This document shows positions 9,823 to 20,304 of a stretch of DNA of 64,000 bases, one piece after another (position 1 is the stretch's first letter; the number at the start of each line of letters is the position of its first letter). The stretch lies in the IMG/VR virus record IMGVR_UViG_3300028591_005215, positions 128,001-192,000 of that record; one strand, written 5' to 3'. The DNA comes from a virus. Lineage: Duplodnaviria > Caudoviricetes. The notes beneath the pieces are model-generated. The model saw nothing but the letters and a program-made list of their open reading frames with translations, ran no database searches and had not been told where the DNA came from. A program made the position numbers and the translations under genes.

Positions 9823-9887
9823 AAATTGCGTTGCATGTTATAAATTAAGATAAATTTAATTATAAATAAGGAAATTAAATGACTAAT

Positions 9888-9923
9888 AAAGGGTGAATTT
9901 CTGTGATGAAGTTCGCCCTTTTA
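9888..9923 (+). terminator. intrinsic terminator
   Basis: aaagggtgaattt...gaagttcgccctttt hairpin followed by a T tract. Confidence 0.65.
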
Positions 9924-9972
9924 TCGTTTTATTTACTATTTATTAACAAATAAGCTAAATAAAATAATTAAA

Positions 9973-12015
9973 ATGAAAGGACTTTACTTTTACAAGTTAA
10001 TGTCTCCATATCCAGAAGATGTAACGAAGAATTGTAGATTGACAGTTAATGAAATCGACAGTAACTTCTTAAATCTAAAAGATGAGGATATCCAAAGCGC
10101 TGAATTCGATTGTGAAGCAAATGTCATTACCCTCACAAGAAACAACGGCGAGAAGCTGCAAGCCGATTTGTCTTGTGCTATGTCAGGGGTGACAAAGAAT
10201 TTTGATGTAACTTTCGAAGAAGAAGGCGATTGCACTGGAACAGGTGTACTGAAATTCAGCTGGGATGAAGACGGAAATACCTATGAATCTAAAATTGAAG
10301 GTATTGTAACAAAAGATAACGTTGGCAACTATGTTATGACCGAAGCTATAACTGATGGAACTATCATAGGTAACGGCAGAGATGGTAGTCCATTAGGTTT
10401 AAATCCTGTTGAACAAACTGGACATTATAAACCAGTGATAGATTTATTCGATGTAACTGAAGGTGGTGAATTACCTGAAAAAGATAAAGTTAATATTGGT
10501 GATAGATATTTAACATTAGAAAAAGTTGATGATTACGGCTATCTTTATAATAGAAAAGGTGTTGATGAAATAATTGAAAAATTAAATAATGGATGGCGAG
10601 TTCCTACTAAAGAAGATTGGGATAATCTTTTAAATGCTATTGAACCTTGCGCTTATAGAAATCACAATTCAAGTGATTGCCATATAGAATTGGGTAAATT
10701 GGCTGGTAAAGAATTAAAAACAAAGGAAGAATGGCCTTTTGATAATGCTACAAGTGCTATTACTGATGACACAGCATATTTGTTTGATGAAATAGTTCCT
10801 GCTAATAAGCCTATTAATTCTAAAGGCACTAATAAATATAATTTCTCAGTTTTACCAAGCGGTTATGCTTACGAAAAAAATGATGAAATTAAAAAGTTTG
10901 GTGAAGTAGCAAAATATTGGACTAATTCACAGACAATGCCAACTGCACAAAGTGATTATTATACAAAGGCATTTATGTATAATTTATCTGGTGTATGGCA
11001 AGAAGCTGATTGCCCTTATAATTTTTATTCGGTAAGACTTATTAAGGATTATACAGGTAGTAATGCAAGAGAAACTGCTTACATAGGAGGTAGGCATTAT
11101 GAAGAAATATTAATGCCTGCATTGAATTCTGAACACGGTTTTGCATTGTGGACAAAAACAAATGTTGACATAGAAGTATCAGAAGACAATATGATTAAGT
11201 ATTCTGATGCATATCAAACAAAGTCGCATAAAGTTTATGTTATAAATGAATGGACTGGTAAAGAATGGGAAAGAAAAATTTTACCAGAAGGCGGAGTTGT
11301 AGTAATTAATAAACAGCAAGATTGTGACCATGAAATTGATACTGAATATCGCTTAGTTGATGGAAAATTAGTTGCCACTGATGATATTGTATATATGCGA
11401 GCTCTTTTAAAGCTTACCCCATTGATTAACGAGTTAATTGGCAATGTTGATGGTGAAAAAGAAGAACGTGAAGAATCTGATAGGGTATTAAGTGGCGCTA
11501 TTACAACCGAAATCGAACGTGCTAAAGCGGAAGAAGCAAGGATTGAAGAAGAGTTACAGGACGCTATTTTAGATGAATCAATTAAACGTGAAGAAGAGGA
11601 TGAAAAGATTGAAAGCAAAATAACTGCTGAAAGCAATACAAGGAAAGAAGCAGATGACGCTTTGGGTGAATCTTTAAATGTTGAAATTGAACGTGCTAAA
11701 GCAGAAGAAGTAAGGCTTAACGAACTTATTGAAGTGCTAAGTGGTTCAATTGAAACTGAGTCAGAAAGTGCTTCTACTATTGAAGCAGCGTTAAGTGGAG
11801 CTATTACAACCGAAATCGAACGTGCTAAAGCGGAAGAAGCAAGGATTGAGGGGTTAGTACCTGTAGGCGCTGAATATGAAATTAAGGCTAATTTGGATGG
11901 ATTTGAAGACATCAAAGAAAACAGAACAGCCAGTAAAATAGAAATACCTTCATTTAGTGGTACTAACAATACTGTTATTGTTATTGACTATGATTTTGGT
12001 GAAATTACAAAATAA
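9973..12015 (+). CDS. fibre-like protein with Fib_succ_major (C-type lectin-like) domain and coiled-coil repeats
   Basis: GWRVPTKEDWDNL, GTNKYNFSVLPSGY, YWTNS, YSVRLIKD; repeated EIERAKAEEARI; N-terminal LTVNEIDSNF. Confidence 0.75.
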   Translation: MKGLYFYKLMSPYPEDVTKNCRLTVNEIDSNFLNLKDEDIQSAEFDCEANVITLTRNNGEKLQADLSCAMSGVTKNFDVTFEEEGDCTGTGVLKFSWDEDGNTYESKIEGIVTKDNVGNYVMTEAITDGTIIGNGRDGSPLGLNPVEQTGHYKPVIDLFDVTEGGELPEKDKVNIGDRYLTLEKVDDYGYLYNRKGVDEIIEKLNNGWRVPTKEDWDNLLNAIEPCAYRNHNSSDCHIELGKLAGKELKTKEEWPFDNATSAITDDTAYLFDEIVPANKPINSKGTNKYNFSVLPSGYAYEKNDEIKKFGEVAKYWTNSQTMPTAQSDYYTKAFMYNLSGVWQEADCPYNFYSVRLIKDYTGSNARETAYIGGRHYEEILMPALNSEHGFALWTKTNVDIEVSEDNMIKYSDAYQTKSHKVYVINEWTGKEWERKILPEGGVVVINKQQDCDHEIDTEYRLVDGKLVATDDIVYMRALLKLTPLINELIGNVDGEKEEREESDRVLSGAITTEIERAKAEEARIEEELQDAILDESIKREEEDEKIESKITAESNTRKEADDALGESLNVEIERAKAEEVRLNELIEVLSGSIETESESASTIEAALSGAITTEIERAKAEEARIEGLVPVGAEYEIKANLDGFEDIKENRTASKIEIPSFSGTNNTVIVIDYDFGEITK

Positions 12016-12036
12016 TAAAAATATCATATTATAAAG

Positions 12037-15000
12037 ATGAGTAATAGATTAAGGTTTGTACATAGGACTGATATATTTCCTACAAGAAAGGAAGCAGTAG
12101 ATTTCTTGACAAATAACTATTATAAGCAAGTGACACGTCCTTCACTTTTCGCAGAGCCTGTAGTTCTGCGTTATGGTGATGAAGAAAGTCCTAGTATAAT
12201 TCTTGCCATTGGCTCTAAAGGAACTGGTGGCACAAACCCTACTAAGGAATCAGAATATTTCTTGATTGACGTACAGGGTTTAAAAGATGATGCAGAAGCA
12301 AAATATGCTGAAATAGAAAATTCTTTGGCTAAGTTAGCATTTGCTGTCGAAAATACAAACACATTGTCTTTAAATTATGAAGATGGTGTTGTTAAAGGGG
12401 ATGTGAATATTCCTGAAGAAGTTGTTGTTTTGAAAGAAAACATTTCAAATATCATTAAGACAAATAAAGATGGACTTTATTCTTATGTTAATCTTGAATT
12501 TGAAAGTAAAACAAACACATTTAAATTTCAGGTAAATGATGTTGTAAAAACATTTGACATTCCGACAGTTGTTGATGGTAAATACGACCCAAACAAAGAA
12601 TCAATTACACTTATTTATTCAGACGGTCGCTCAAAAGATATTGATGTGGATGGTCTTATTGATGAGTGGGATGTAGAAGGAGAAATGTCAGAGACACCTG
12701 TTGTTTTGACTAAGGTTAAACATACTGATAAAGAAGATGGCGTAATTGACAGGGCAAGCGAAACAAAGGACATTTTAAAAGCTGATGTTAGAATTGCTGA
12801 TACTGTTGATATGCCACATAACATTCTACAGAAAACTGCTGATGGCAAGAAATTATTTGTAAAGGGTACTGCTGATAACATTTACTATAAAGATGGTAAA
12901 AATGTTAAGGAAGTAATTGAAAATATTAAAACTGATGTTTCTGATTACAAAGAAAACGTTATTTATCGTGATTATGCAAGTAATGGTGATTATAAAGGTA
13001 TTGCTTCAGTGGTTAAACTTGACTATGATAAAGAAACTAATATACTTAAATTTTCAAGTTCAGATACAAACGGTATAATCAATAGTAAAGAGTATAAACT
13101 AAATAGTGCTTCATTTATTGATGATATTACATATGACACTGCTAACCAAACAATTACTATTCGTTATAAGGATAGTGAAGGAAAAACTCAAAAAGCAACA
13201 ATTGACATGTCAACATTGTTGGATGATTGGGTAACAAACAGTGATGCACATAATGTTGAACTTGTTAAGCAAACAAGTCAGGGTAAAAAAGATGTTTTAT
13301 CCGCTGACGTTAAATTAGCTGAAAAGACAACTGTAAACCATCAAATTTTAGAAGAAGTTGACCATACTTTGGTTGTTAAAGGTTCTTCTGACAACATTTA
13401 TCATGAAAAAGATGGAAATGTTAAGGCAGCACTTGATAGAATAGATTCCGCTATTGAAAAAGCTAATGCTGACAGAATTGATTCTGATGAAGTAATCAAT
13501 AATGAGATTGGCAAAATCAATAGAACAATTGGTGATGCTTTTGAAGATAATAATCATGCAAATATCACGGCTAAGTTCAATGAATTGAATGAAAAGGCTG
13601 ATACCGAAATTGCGGAAAGAAGAGAATCTGATGAAGTGTTTAGCGGTGCTATCGCAAGTGAAATTACAAGGGCTACAAGTGCTGAAACAGCTTTACAAAC
13701 TGCAATTAGCAATGAAATTACAAGGGCTACTACTGAAGAAGAGAGAATTGAAGGAAAATTTGATGGGGCAACTAATGTTTTAGCTGATACAATAGGTAGT
13801 GGTTTTACAAGTGACCCTCATGAAAATATTAGCAATTGGAAAGGTGAAGTTGAAAAAACATTTGAAAATCTTATCAATAAGGATGATACTTTAACAAACA
13901 CGATAAATTCTGAAGTTGAACGTGCTCAATCTGCTGAACAGTTGAATGCTGATGCGATTACCGAAGAAGTTGGACGTGCTACAAGTGCTGAAACAGCTTT
14001 GCAAACTGCAATTGAATCTGAAGTTGCAAGGGCTACAGAAACTGAAGCTAAAAACTTAACAGATACAACTAACTATATTAATTCAAATGTCAAAACACTT
14101 TCTGATACAATCGGTACAGGCTTTACAGCTTACCCTAATGAAAATATCACTGCAAAATTTGAATTATTAGATAGTAATATCAGTAATGAAGTAACACGTG
14201 CTACAAGTGCTGAAACATCTTTACAGAATGCAATTACTGCTGAAAGCACACGTTCCACAAGTGCTGAAACAGCTTTACAAGCTGCAATTGATAAACTTAA
14301 TGAAGATACATACATTAGGGTAGGTGAAACTGCTACTATTGCCTTAAATAAAGAAGATAAGGACAGTTTCCACACAATTACAGGTAGAGTTAAGAGAAGC
14401 GTTGCTGAAGGCAATAATATTATCGAAAAAGAAGATGGTATTTATTCAAATGTTAAATTAACATATACTGAAGCTGACAATACTTTGCACTTTTCAGTAA
14501 ACGGTGGCGAGGCAACAAACATCCCACTTGTATCGCATTCTTTGATTGATAGTATTTACTATAATCCATCAAAAGAAGCTATCATTATTGAATATACTGT
14601 AAATGGTGTTAAACAGGAGAATATTGAAGTTCCTGTTAAAGACTTAATTGATGAAATTACAGTCTCAGACGATAAGAGCGGAGCTATTGAGTTAGCAAAA
14701 ACACATAATCATTCTGGTGCTACTATTGGGCCTGATGTCATTTCAGCAAAGGTAATTATTAGTGCACTTGGCGACAACATTGTTGTGAATAGCAATGGCG
14801 GACTTTATGTAAGCGGTGATAGTGTGAGAACAAGTGCATCAACGATTTCAACTAAAATAGCAAACGATAAACGTGATGAAGCTATCAGTTCTGCAAAAAC
14901 ATATACTGATAGGGAAATTGGTGCATTAAGCGCTGATACAGCATCAAAAATAAACGTTGAAAAAGAACGTGCATTAGGTGCTGAACAGTTAAATACCAAT

Positions 15001-17364
15001 GCAATAACTAATGAAGTTGGACGTGCTAAAGATTCTGAAGCATCTTTGCAAACTGCAATTGATTCTGAAAAGGAACGTGCATTAGTTGCTGAACAGTTAA
15101 ATGCTAATGCAATAGCTAATGAAGAAACACGTGCCAAAGGTGCTGAAACAGCATTAAGTGGTGCTATTGCAACTGAAGTTACAAGGGCTACAAGTGCTGA
15201 AACGAAATTGCAAACTGCAATTGAGTCTGAAGCAAATAATAGGGGTGCTGCTATCAGTAATGAAGTAACACGTGCTACAAATGCTGAAGCAACTTTACAG
15301 ACAGCAATTAACAATGAAATTGAACGTGCAAGTGAAGCGGAAGAAGCTTTAAGCAGCAGTATTACTAAAGAAGAAACTGATAGAAAAGCAGAAGATGGTG
15401 AATTAGCTGCTGCCATCACTAAAGAAGAAACTGATAGAAAAGAAGCAATTACTGCTGAAGTTGAACGTGCTCAATCTGCTGAACAGTTGAATACTAATGC
15501 AATTACCGCAGAAGTTGGACGTGCTACAAGTGCTGAAACAGCTTTACGAACCGCAATTAGCAATGAAAGTGCACGTGCTGCAAATGCTGAAACAGCATTA
15601 AGTGGTGTTATTACAACTGAAGTTACAAGAGCTAAAGGTGCTGAAATGGCTAATACTAATGCAATTACCGCAGAAGTTGGGCGTGCTAAAGATTCTGAAG
15701 CATCTTTGCAAACTGCAATTAGCAATGAAAGTGCACGTGCTACAAGTGCTGAAACAGCTTTACGAACTGCGATTGATAATGAAGTTACAAGGGCTAAAGG
15801 TGCTGAAATGACTAATACTAATGCAATTACCGCAGAAGTTGGACGTGCTACAAGTGCTGAAACAGCTTTACGAACCGCAATTGATACCGAAACAAATTAT
15901 CGCACAACTGCTTATAATACTCTTATTGATAAAATTAGTACTGAAACACAGACTCGTAAAAACGAAGATGATAAACTTTTAAGTGGTATTACTGATGTTA
16001 GAAATTCTTTGAATTCAGAAGTAACAAATCGTCAAAATGCAGATGCAGCACTTGATAGCAAGATTTCTGCTGAAACAGCAAATAGAACTGCTGCTATACA
16101 ATCTATTAATGATAGAATTGAAAGTAAGGTTACTGAAGTTAAAAATTATGCTGATGAGGTTGGTGCTAATACTTTAGAAGATGCAAAAGCAGATTCTACA
16201 ATCAAGGATAAAGATAATTTAACTACAGCTAAAGCATATACTGACAGAAAAGTATTGGAATCTAAAACAGAAACATTAGCAAGTGCTAGTGCTACAGCAG
16301 ACAATAAAGATGCGGCTATTTTAGCTACAGCTAAAGATTATACTAACGTACAGATTGCTAATGCTTCATTATCAGGTGGTTCAACTACAACTACTGATGC
16401 AACGGTTAATGGAAAAATCATTAGTGTCAATGTTAAAACAGGTGGTATTATTAAAGCTGATGCTAATAATGGCGGTGTTTATGCAAGCAATTCAAAATTG
16501 GAATATGATAACACTACTAATAAGATAGCATTTACTGATAACTTAGGAGTACAAAGCACATTTACGCTTAATGGTGTTTCATTTATTGAAAGTGCAAATT
16601 ATGATGAAAGTACGCATATATTGACTATTACATATGAAGACCAATCAGGTACTGCTCATAATATTACTGTTGATTTGGCTAAGCTGATAGTAGATACTCA
16701 AGCAAGTAATGTTGGTAATACAGTTGCAGTTACTGTAAGTGACATTACAGATGATAAAGGCATTTCAATAAGAAATATTTCTGCTAATTTGAATATTGCT
16801 ACAAATGTACCTAATAATATTTTGAAAGTAGATAATACAACGGAAAATCATTCAGTTTATGTTGATGGTAGTGGTATTGTAACGAATGCTAATAATATCC
16901 AAACATTATCTGGAAAGGTAGGAACTAATGAAGCCAAGTTGAATACCCTTGCAAGAATAACCGTAAGCAATGAAGACCCAAGTTTGTCTTACGCCAATAC
17001 AAACTACATTTCAGGACAAACAACAATGAAAGATGCTGATGTGGCATTGGACATGCAAATTAAAACTAATACTGATTCAATAGCTACATTGGATAATTCT
17101 TTGAATCATGCTAAGTTTAGCACAAATGGTACAGTAGGAAAACTTGATACATATGGTGAAATTAAAGATAGTAATATGTCGCTACGGGAAGCAATTATAG
17201 AATTAGCCAAACAGTTAGCCAACCTTGCTAGTGAGACTTTATTTAACGATGCTGATGGTGCTTCTGGTGTTGAGCTTGGCGTTCCAACGAGAAAGGGTAG
17301 AACTATCAAAGTTACTAATATGGACTATGGTTCAGATGATGAAGATAATTTGGAAACTAATTAA
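12037..17364 (+). CDS. long tail fibre / coiled-coil fibre protein
   Basis: 1775 aa. Dozens of ~18 aa EVxRATSAETALxxAI repeats alternate with beta-rich YD...I...Y modules. Confidence 0.75.
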   Translation: MSNRLRFVHRTDIFPTRKEAVDFLTNNYYKQVTRPSLFAEPVVLRYGDEESPSIILAIGSKGTGGTNPTKESEYFLIDVQGLKDDAEAKYAEIENSLAKLAFAVENTNTLSLNYEDGVVKGDVNIPEEVVVLKENISNIIKTNKDGLYSYVNLEFESKTNTFKFQVNDVVKTFDIPTVVDGKYDPNKESITLIYSDGRSKDIDVDGLIDEWDVEGEMSETPVVLTKVKHTDKEDGVIDRASETKDILKADVRIADTVDMPHNILQKTADGKKLFVKGTADNIYYKDGKNVKEVIENIKTDVSDYKENVIYRDYASNGDYKGIASVVKLDYDKETNILKFSSSDTNGIINSKEYKLNSASFIDDITYDTANQTITIRYKDSEGKTQKATIDMSTLLDDWVTNSDAHNVELVKQTSQGKKDVLSADVKLAEKTTVNHQILEEVDHTLVVKGSSDNIYHEKDGNVKAALDRIDSAIEKANADRIDSDEVINNEIGKINRTIGDAFEDNNHANITAKFNELNEKADTEIAERRESDEVFSGAIASEITRATSAETALQTAISNEITRATTEEERIEGKFDGATNVLADTIGSGFTSDPHENISNWKGEVEKTFENLINKDDTLTNTINSEVERAQSAEQLNADAITEEVGRATSAETALQTAIESEVARATETEAKNLTDTTNYINSNVKTLSDTIGTGFTAYPNENITAKFELLDSNISNEVTRATSAETSLQNAITAESTRSTSAETALQAAIDKLNEDTYIRVGETATIALNKEDKDSFHTITGRVKRSVAEGNNIIEKEDGIYSNVKLTYTEADNTLHFSVNGGEATNIPLVSHSLIDSIYYNPSKEAIIIEYTVNGVKQENIEVPVKDLIDEITVSDDKSGAIELAKTHNHSGATIGPDVISAKVIISALGDNIVVNSNGGLYVSGDSVRTSASTISTKIANDKRDEAISSAKTYTDREIGALSADTASKINVEKERALGAEQLNTNAITNEVGRAKDSEASLQTAIDSEKERALVAEQLNANAIANEETRAKGAETALSGAIATEVTRATSAETKLQTAIESEANNRGAAISNEVTRATNAEATLQTAINNEIERASEAEEALSSSITKEETDRKAEDGELAAAITKEETDRKEAITAEVERAQSAEQLNTNAITAEVGRATSAETALRTAISNESARAANAETALSGVITTEVTRAKGAEMANTNAITAEVGRAKDSEASLQTAISNESARATSAETALRTAIDNEVTRAKGAEMTNTNAITAEVGRATSAETALRTAIDTETNYRTTAYNTLIDKISTETQTRKNEDDKLLSGITDVRNSLNSEVTNRQNADAALDSKISAETANRTAAIQSINDRIESKVTEVKNYADEVGANTLEDAKADSTIKDKDNLTTAKAYTDRKVLESKTETLASASATADNKDAAILATAKDYTNVQIANASLSGGSTTTTDATVNGKIISVNVKTGGIIKADANNGGVYASNSKLEYDNTTNKIAFTDNLGVQSTFTLNGVSFIESANYDESTHILTITYEDQSGTAHNITVDLAKLIVDTQASNVGNTVAVTVSDITDDKGISIRNISANLNIATNVPNNILKVDNTTENHSVYVDGSGIVTNANNIQTLSGKVGTNEAKLNTLARITVSNEDPSLSYANTNYISGQTTMKDADVALDMQIKTNTDSIATLDNSLNHAKFSTNGTVGKLDTYGEIKDSNMSLREAIIELAKQLANLASETLFNDADGASGVELGVPTRKGRTIKVTNMDYGSDDEDNLETN
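14960..15900 (+). repeat. coding tandem ~54 bp repeats (E-x-x-R-A-x-x-A-E coiled coil)
   Basis: Recurrent gaagttggacgtgctacaagtgctgaaacagcttta-like units. Confidence 0.85.
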
Positions 17365-17384
17365 TTTTGTAAAGAACTTTTAAG

Positions 17385-19169
17385 ATGCCAGATAATAAAA
17401 AAATAGCACAAAGTATAAAAAGGCATTTACAGATTAGAACTAAAAGTAGATGGGAATATGGTAACTCCAAAGATGATGCTAAGAACTCGATTCTTAGCAC
17501 CACTGGGGTTACCCCTGTTGATGTTTTTGAGAATGATGCGACAACACAGTCAGAACCTATTATTCAATTTTATGCAACAAAAAAAGACAATTATGCTGGT
17601 GGTACTAATGAATCCACAATAAGGTTAATTCTTGGTTTTGGTACAGGTGTACCTGACCACCCAATAGCAATATATGATGAAGGGTTGCAAGAAGAAATTA
17701 ATAATATAGAACGTGCAACTTTAGGGGAATCTGACTATGGGCATTATTCGGCATCAACTACTACAGGTGATTATTCAATAGTTAGTGGTGCTACAAGTTT
17801 GATTGATGCTGTTAAAAAAATTGACCAATATGTTGATGATTCTAATTATGATGAAACAGGTAGTAATTATAAATACATTTATCATATTAATCAAAAAAAT
17901 GGTAGAATTAGTGCTGACACAAGAAGTATTAAAGATGGTGTTTTAACAGGTTATGTGCAACCAACTGACCATCCTATTAGTATTAATGGTACTGATACAA
18001 TTGAAAGTGCTTTTAAAAAGATTGACAGCTATATTGGCGATTTAGACTTTGAAGTCAGTGGTGGTTCAGATAAATATGTTTATTATGTTAAGCAAACTAA
18101 TGGCAAAGTTTCTGCAACCACAAGGTCTGTAAAAGATGGGCTTTTAACAGGATATTCTAAACCTACTGACCACCCCATAAATATTTCAGAAACAGATACA
18201 ATTGAAGGGGCATTAAAAAAGATTGATGATTATGTAGGCAAATCGGACTTTAAAGTTGATGGCTCTGATTACCAATATGTTTATTATGTTGAGCAAACTG
18301 ATGGTAGAGTTTCCGCCAAGGTTAAAAGTATTAAAGACGGTAAGATATATAATTATGGCGGAAGTAAAACACCTGTTAATATAGAATCAACAGATACCAT
18401 TGAGGAAGTTATTGATAAGTTTAATAAGTATCTAAATAGTTTAGATATATCAAGTGGTGAATCAGGAAGTTTTATCTCTGGGGTAACGCAAACTGATGGA
18501 CTTGTAAGCGTTAAACTTGGTAAAATAATAGATGCTAAATTGTTGAACTATGCCAATAATTTGTCTTCAGGTGGTGACATTGAAAGTAATGATTCTATTG
18601 CAACAGCTTTCTCAAAAATTGAAAACAATATAGATTCTATAGAAGCATCTTTTTCAAGACTTCAAAATGAGACTGACACTATCGAATCAGCTGTTGGTCT
18701 TAATAGCGATGGAAGTTATAGTAAAACTAGTACTAAACATAGTTCTGGTGCAACTACTACCAAGGGTGCTATTGAAGCAATAGATAACTATATTGCATCG
18801 TTAAATGATTCTGAAAATAAATCAGGAACAGTAGTCACTACAGTAAGCCAAGCAGATGGGCATGTTTCACATGATAGAGCTTATTTACCTAATATTATTT
18901 TAACAGGGTATGATAAAAGTGCTGATAGCGGTGCTGTAACTGCTTCTGATAGTCTTGAAAAAGCTATATCAAAGCTTGAAAATAACACTACGTCAATATC
19001 TAACAGAGCAGTGTTAGATGTTAAGCTAAATAACAAAAGTATAATTTCAAATCAAATTGCAAATTTTTATACTACAAGTAGTGGTGATACACATAACGTA
19101 ACTTTCACTGAAGCTAATGGGTTTATTAGTGGTGACGTTAGTAATTATATTTGCGGAGATTACGCATAA
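17385..19169 (+). CDS. tail fibre-like protein with ~62 aa repeats
   Basis: Repeated YVYYVxQTxGxVSA...KDG.LTGY...TDTIE.A.KKID; ends ICGDY. Confidence 0.7.
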   Translation: MPDNKKIAQSIKRHLQIRTKSRWEYGNSKDDAKNSILSTTGVTPVDVFENDATTQSEPIIQFYATKKDNYAGGTNESTIRLILGFGTGVPDHPIAIYDEGLQEEINNIERATLGESDYGHYSASTTTGDYSIVSGATSLIDAVKKIDQYVDDSNYDETGSNYKYIYHINQKNGRISADTRSIKDGVLTGYVQPTDHPISINGTDTIESAFKKIDSYIGDLDFEVSGGSDKYVYYVKQTNGKVSATTRSVKDGLLTGYSKPTDHPINISETDTIEGALKKIDDYVGKSDFKVDGSDYQYVYYVEQTDGRVSAKVKSIKDGKIYNYGGSKTPVNIESTDTIEEVIDKFNKYLNSLDISSGESGSFISGVTQTDGLVSVKLGKIIDAKLLNYANNLSSGGDIESNDSIATAFSKIENNIDSIEASFSRLQNETDTIESAVGLNSDGSYSKTSTKHSSGATTTKGAIEAIDNYIASLNDSENKSGTVVTTVSQADGHVSHDRAYLPNIILTGYDKSADSGAVTASDSLEKAISKLENNTTSISNRAVLDVKLNNKSIISNQIANFYTTSSGDTHNVTFTEANGFISGDVSNYICGDYA

Positions 19170-19302
19170 TAAAAAAAGGCGATGGTATAGAAGTTAACTC
19201 TAATACTCAAAGAAATGGGCAGTCTAATCAATGGCTGTTCATTTCCTTTTATAAGTTTATATATTGAATAAAATTCTTGAATTGTTAATTTTTACATTAG
19301 AA

Positions 19303-20232
19303 ATGTTTAAGAAAATGATTGATTTTAACCAAGCAATAAGCATCATAAGAAGAAATGGTGGCTTCAAGTCAAATAGAAAAGATACATCATATTACAGAAC
19401 GTATACTATAGAAGGTAATAGACCATTACAAGCACGTGTTTCAAATCACGGAACATGGTTATGGACTTGGTATGACAAAGATTATGACCCATCATATGCT
19501 ATTAATTTCTGTGTTGTGTTTTCTGAAAATGGTGAATATGATTCTGACGTATCTGTTGATATGGACATAAAGGATGAAGAAGGAAATGTAATTGGACGGA
19601 AGAAATCATTTGAAGTTATTCAGTATGTCTATAACTGCCAAATACTTGATGATAATGATGCAGCGCTAATAAATCAAGCAGTTCAGAATATATGGCAAAA
19701 CAAAGGGTTTAAAGACCCATTGGCAAACACCCCAAAGCACGCAAAAGTAATAATATTAAGACCAAACGAAACACCAGAGATAATAACAGAAGCAAAACAT
19801 ACAAATATGAATAAGAAATTAATTAGATTAACAGGCCTTGATTGGAGAACATATGCAAATGCAGCAAAGAAGAGGGACGCACAGATACAGCAATTAGGCC
19901 GTGATGCAACTGATAAAGGTGGTAATCGTTTAACACATTTAAGAAATAACTTGGATTATGCTGCATCTGATGCTTTAACGTCTAAATATGCACAAAGGCA
20001 TAACAATGGCTATCCAACCAATAATGCTGATGTCTACACTAAAAACGGTTATCAGACTGTTACAACCAACAATTTTGATGGTAATGGAAGGTGGTCAAGA
20101 GGCGAATTCAATTATGATAACAAAGGTAATATAGATAAACAAGGTTACAATATGAATTCGCAAATGGACAACGAGGTAGAAGACTATATGAAAGGTAAAT
20201 CAAAATACATTAAAGGTAAAGGTTGGCAATAA
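19303..20232 (+). CDS. fusion of RNase-like (RxSNH) domain and leader-tagged domain
   Basis: SYY...ARVSNHG resembles BECR/polyvalent-protein RNase domains; internal MNKKLIRLT at 19807. Start uncertain (19264, 19303 or 19315). Confidence 0.5.
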   Translation: MFKKMIDFNQAISIIRRNGGFKSNRKDTSYYRTYTIEGNRPLQARVSNHGTWLWTWYDKDYDPSYAINFCVVFSENGEYDSDVSVDMDIKDEEGNVIGRKKSFEVIQYVYNCQILDDNDAALINQAVQNIWQNKGFKDPLANTPKHAKVIILRPNETPEIITEAKHTNMNKKLIRLTGLDWRTYANAAKKRDAQIQQLGRDATDKGGNRLTHLRNNLDYAASDALTSKYAQRHNNGYPTNNADVYTKNGYQTVTTNNFDGNGRWSRGEFNYDNKGNIDKQGYNMNSQMDNEVEDYMKGKSKYIKGKGWQ

Positions 20233-20264
20233 TTAAGCAGCCTTGCACAGTTTTAACAAACTTT

Positions 20265-20302
20265 AAAAGGTGAGTGAAAAAAAAAATCACTCACCTTTTT
20301 TA
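20265..20302. terminator. bidirectional intrinsic terminator
   Basis: aaaaggtgagtga...tcactcacctttttt between convergent genes. Confidence 0.75.
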
Positions 20303-20304
20303 TT

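Noticed and set aside
11235-15725. Long antisense ORFs (11235-11969, 14805-15419; also 54525-55298 and 51503-52000)
   Set aside because: Shadow frames of repetitive or codon-biased sense genes, with no motifs or expression signals.
9973-19169. Diversity-generating retroelement
   Set aside because: No reverse transcriptase and no non-coding template repeat with adenine-specific mismatches in the window.
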